Source: Elusimicrobiota bacterium (GTDB lineage: Bacteria; Elusimicrobiota; Elusimicrobia; UBA1565). From it: a stretch of 18,093 bases of DNA. Location: contig JBDREN010000137.1 of the NCBI GenBank assembly GCA_043819795.1, forward strand, positions 1 to 18,093, in the 5' to 3' direction. Shown piece after piece: positions 16,397-18,093 of this stretch. The position numbers and the translations under genes are program-made. Each line of letters opens with the position of its first letter. Position 1 is the first letter of the stretch. The notes beneath the pieces were generated by a model. It was given only the letters and a program-made list of their open reading frames with translations, had not been told where the DNA came from and ran no database searches.

Positions 16397-17209
16397 ATGC
16401 CCCGCAAGGCAAGGGCGAGTTCGACAGCCGTAAACACGCCATGGCCCTCGGTCTGGATTGAGCCGCGGAAGAGGAAGAAGGGGACGAGTTGGCTCGTCTG
16501 TTGGCAGACGGCCGGGCCGGCGACTCGGCGGAAGAGGGCCTACCGCATCAAGCCGATCGCTGAGCGAGCGGCCGCCAAGAAGCGGCTCGAGCTCGAGGCC
16601 GGGAAGGCCGGCGTCGAGATCCCCCCGGAGCGGCTCGAGTGGCGCGCGTACGCGGAGGAGTACCTCGCCCACTGCAAGGCGCACAAGGCCGCGAACACCA
16701 TCGAGCATTTCGACGCGCCCGCCATCCGGTCCTTCACCGAGATGGTGAACCCGGACTCGCTGGGCTCGATCACGCCCGGAGCGATCGAGCGATGGAAGCT
16801 CGAGCTCCTCAAGAAATACTCGCCGTCGACCGTATCCATGCGGCTGCGCTGCGTCAAGGCCGCCCTCGCCCATGCGGTCCGCCTCGGCTACATGGCGAAG
16901 AACCCGGCCGCGGCGGTCCGGAAGCCGCGGGAGGTCCGGGCCGGGAAGGCCCTGACGAACGAGCAGATCGTGAAGTTGCTGCGCGCGGCCTCCGCGCGGA
17001 TCCGGCCGGCCATCGTATTCGCGCTGCACACCGGCTTCCGCCGCGGCGAGGTCCTCGCCCTGGACTGGATCTGGATCCGGAAGCCCCGGAAGGGATCCTG
17101 GGAGGCCACGCTGCCGGCCGAGCACACGAAGACCGGCGCCGCTCGAATCGTCCCGCTGGATGCGGGAGCGGTGACCTGCGTGGGCCGGCCGCAATCCGAA
17201 CTGAGGTAG
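16397..17209 (+). pseudogene. C-terminally truncated tyrosine recombinase/phage integrase
   Basis: Arm/core-binding region, then HTGFRRGE (catalytic Arg) and HTKTGAARIVPL (Lys). The stop comes before HxxR and the Tyr nucleophile. Confidence 0.8.
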
Positions 17210-17265
17210 GCGCCGAAACCGAGTCCCCGAAGTTATCCACAGACTTGCCCCGGGGCAAGTTGACG
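17139..17265 (+). repeat. Module B2 (TTATCCACA 17233-17241; palindrome ACTTGCCCCGGGGCAAGT 17243-17260)
   Basis: Direct repeat of B1. Confidence 0.9.
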
Positions 17266-17373
17266 TGGCCCTGTTGACGCGGCCCCGACATCTCCGGCCG
17301 GAGACGGGCGGATCGCCCTGCCGGGCGGCCGGGTTGCGCCGGGCTGCAGGCCTGCGGAGCCGCCGGCCCGTGA

Positions 17374-17541
17374 GTGAACCCCCTCCCCGGGCTAAAGCCC
17401 GGGGCTTCGGGGCCTCGGCATGCTTCGGCCCGCCGGCACGTTGCCACCGGCGCACCCTCGCATGCCAAACAACGCCTCCGCTACGCTCCGGGCGGCCATT
17501 CATCCCCAGGCTTGAAAGCCTGGGGTTTTCTGGCCGTCTTT
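17374..17541 (-). mobile_element. Non-autonomous IS200/IS605-family palindromic element (PATE), ~168 bp
   Basis: On the - strand: target TTAT, then left end AAAA + hairpin CCCCAGGCTTTCAAGCCTGGGG. Right end GAAG + hairpin CCCCGGGCTTTAGCCCGGGG...TTCAC. No tnpA or tnpB. Confidence 0.75.
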
Positions 17542-17546
17542 ATAAA

Positions 17547-17575
17547 TTGTTGAAACCGTTGTTTATTCGTATAAT
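17547..17575 (+). promoter_or_regulatory. tRNA promoter TTGTTG-17-TATAAT
   Basis: Perfect -10 at 17570-17575, about 60 nt upstream of the tRNA. Confidence 0.65.
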
Positions 17576-17633
17576 TCAGCCTTAGGGGGAGTCGCGTCCC
17601 GGCGAGCCGGGGCGGCATCCGCCCCAAGTTTGC

Positions 17634-17724
<91 letters not shown>

Positions 17725-17866
17725 TTTTCTCCGGACCCGTAACATACCCCATGCCGACCTCACTGATTTCCAATAGGGCAGAGCGAGTGGAGCGGGCGGC
17801 ATGTTCCGCGGCGGACCCGCGATACGCCGTACCGGGTCCAGAATCCCCGAGAAGCGAGGCGGCGGG

Positions 17867-18093
17867 TTGAGCGCGGACGCCACTCCCGAAAAAAAGGCCG
17901 TGATATGCGACGACGACAGGATGCTCGCGCATATCATGGGCCATATGCTCACCAAGCTGGGCTTCGAGGTGCTCAAGGGCGAGAACGGCTACGAGGCCGT
18001 CGCCATGGTGCATTTTCACAAGCCCCGCCTGCTCATCCTGGACGTGGAGATGCCGGCCAAGGACGGCTTCAGCGTGCTCGCCGACCTCCAGAA
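17867..18093 (+). CDS. Response regulator receiver-domain protein, partial (alternative start ATG 17801)
   Basis: KAVICDDDRMLAHIMGHML...GFEV...NGYEA...KPRLLILDVEMPAKDGFSVL; runs off the window end. Confidence 0.88.
   Translation, partial: MSADATPEKKAVICDDDRMLAHIMGHMLTKLGFEVLKGENGYEAVAMVHFHKPRLLILDVEMPAKDGFSVLADLQ

Noticed and set aside
15079..17241. DnaA boxes as chromosomal oriC
   Set aside because: Only two boxes, 2.1 kb apart and explained by one duplication; no box cluster, unwinding element or dnaA/dnaN nearby.
14107..17265. Classical integron
   Set aside because: No recognisable attC (RYYYAAC...GTTRRRY) structure, and the recombinase resembles a truncated phage-type integrase rather than IntI.

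Overview
GC-rich bacterial window; the gene content (PorV/PorQ-like barrel, TMTC-like GT-C/TPR proteins, Kelch surface protein) suggests Elusimicrobiota, which is an inference. (1) 1-5132 (-): one uninterrupted frame of >1710 codons, missing from the ORF track because it runs off the window edge. It joins a TMTC-type membrane glycosyltransferase and TPRs to a YPLLIDP-ending domain and about 14 Kelch repeats. (2) A small coiled-coil gene and a PorV/PorQ-like gene. (3) A signalling locus: an OmpR-family regulator, a GAF-histidine kinase and a stand-alone paralogue of the kinase N-terminal domain, interleaved with three copies of a 110-bp promoter/operator module. (4) A second TMTC-like gene coupled to a Zn-dependent dehydrogenase. 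(5) A ~3.5-kb accessory island just upstream of tRNA-Ser(GGA), built from duplicated modules (A1-BRCT gene-B1-HNH gene-A2-truncated integrase-B2) and carrying a TIR MITE and an IS200/IS605-type palindromic miniature element. (6) The start of a receiver-domain gene. All calls are by eye; no database searches were run.
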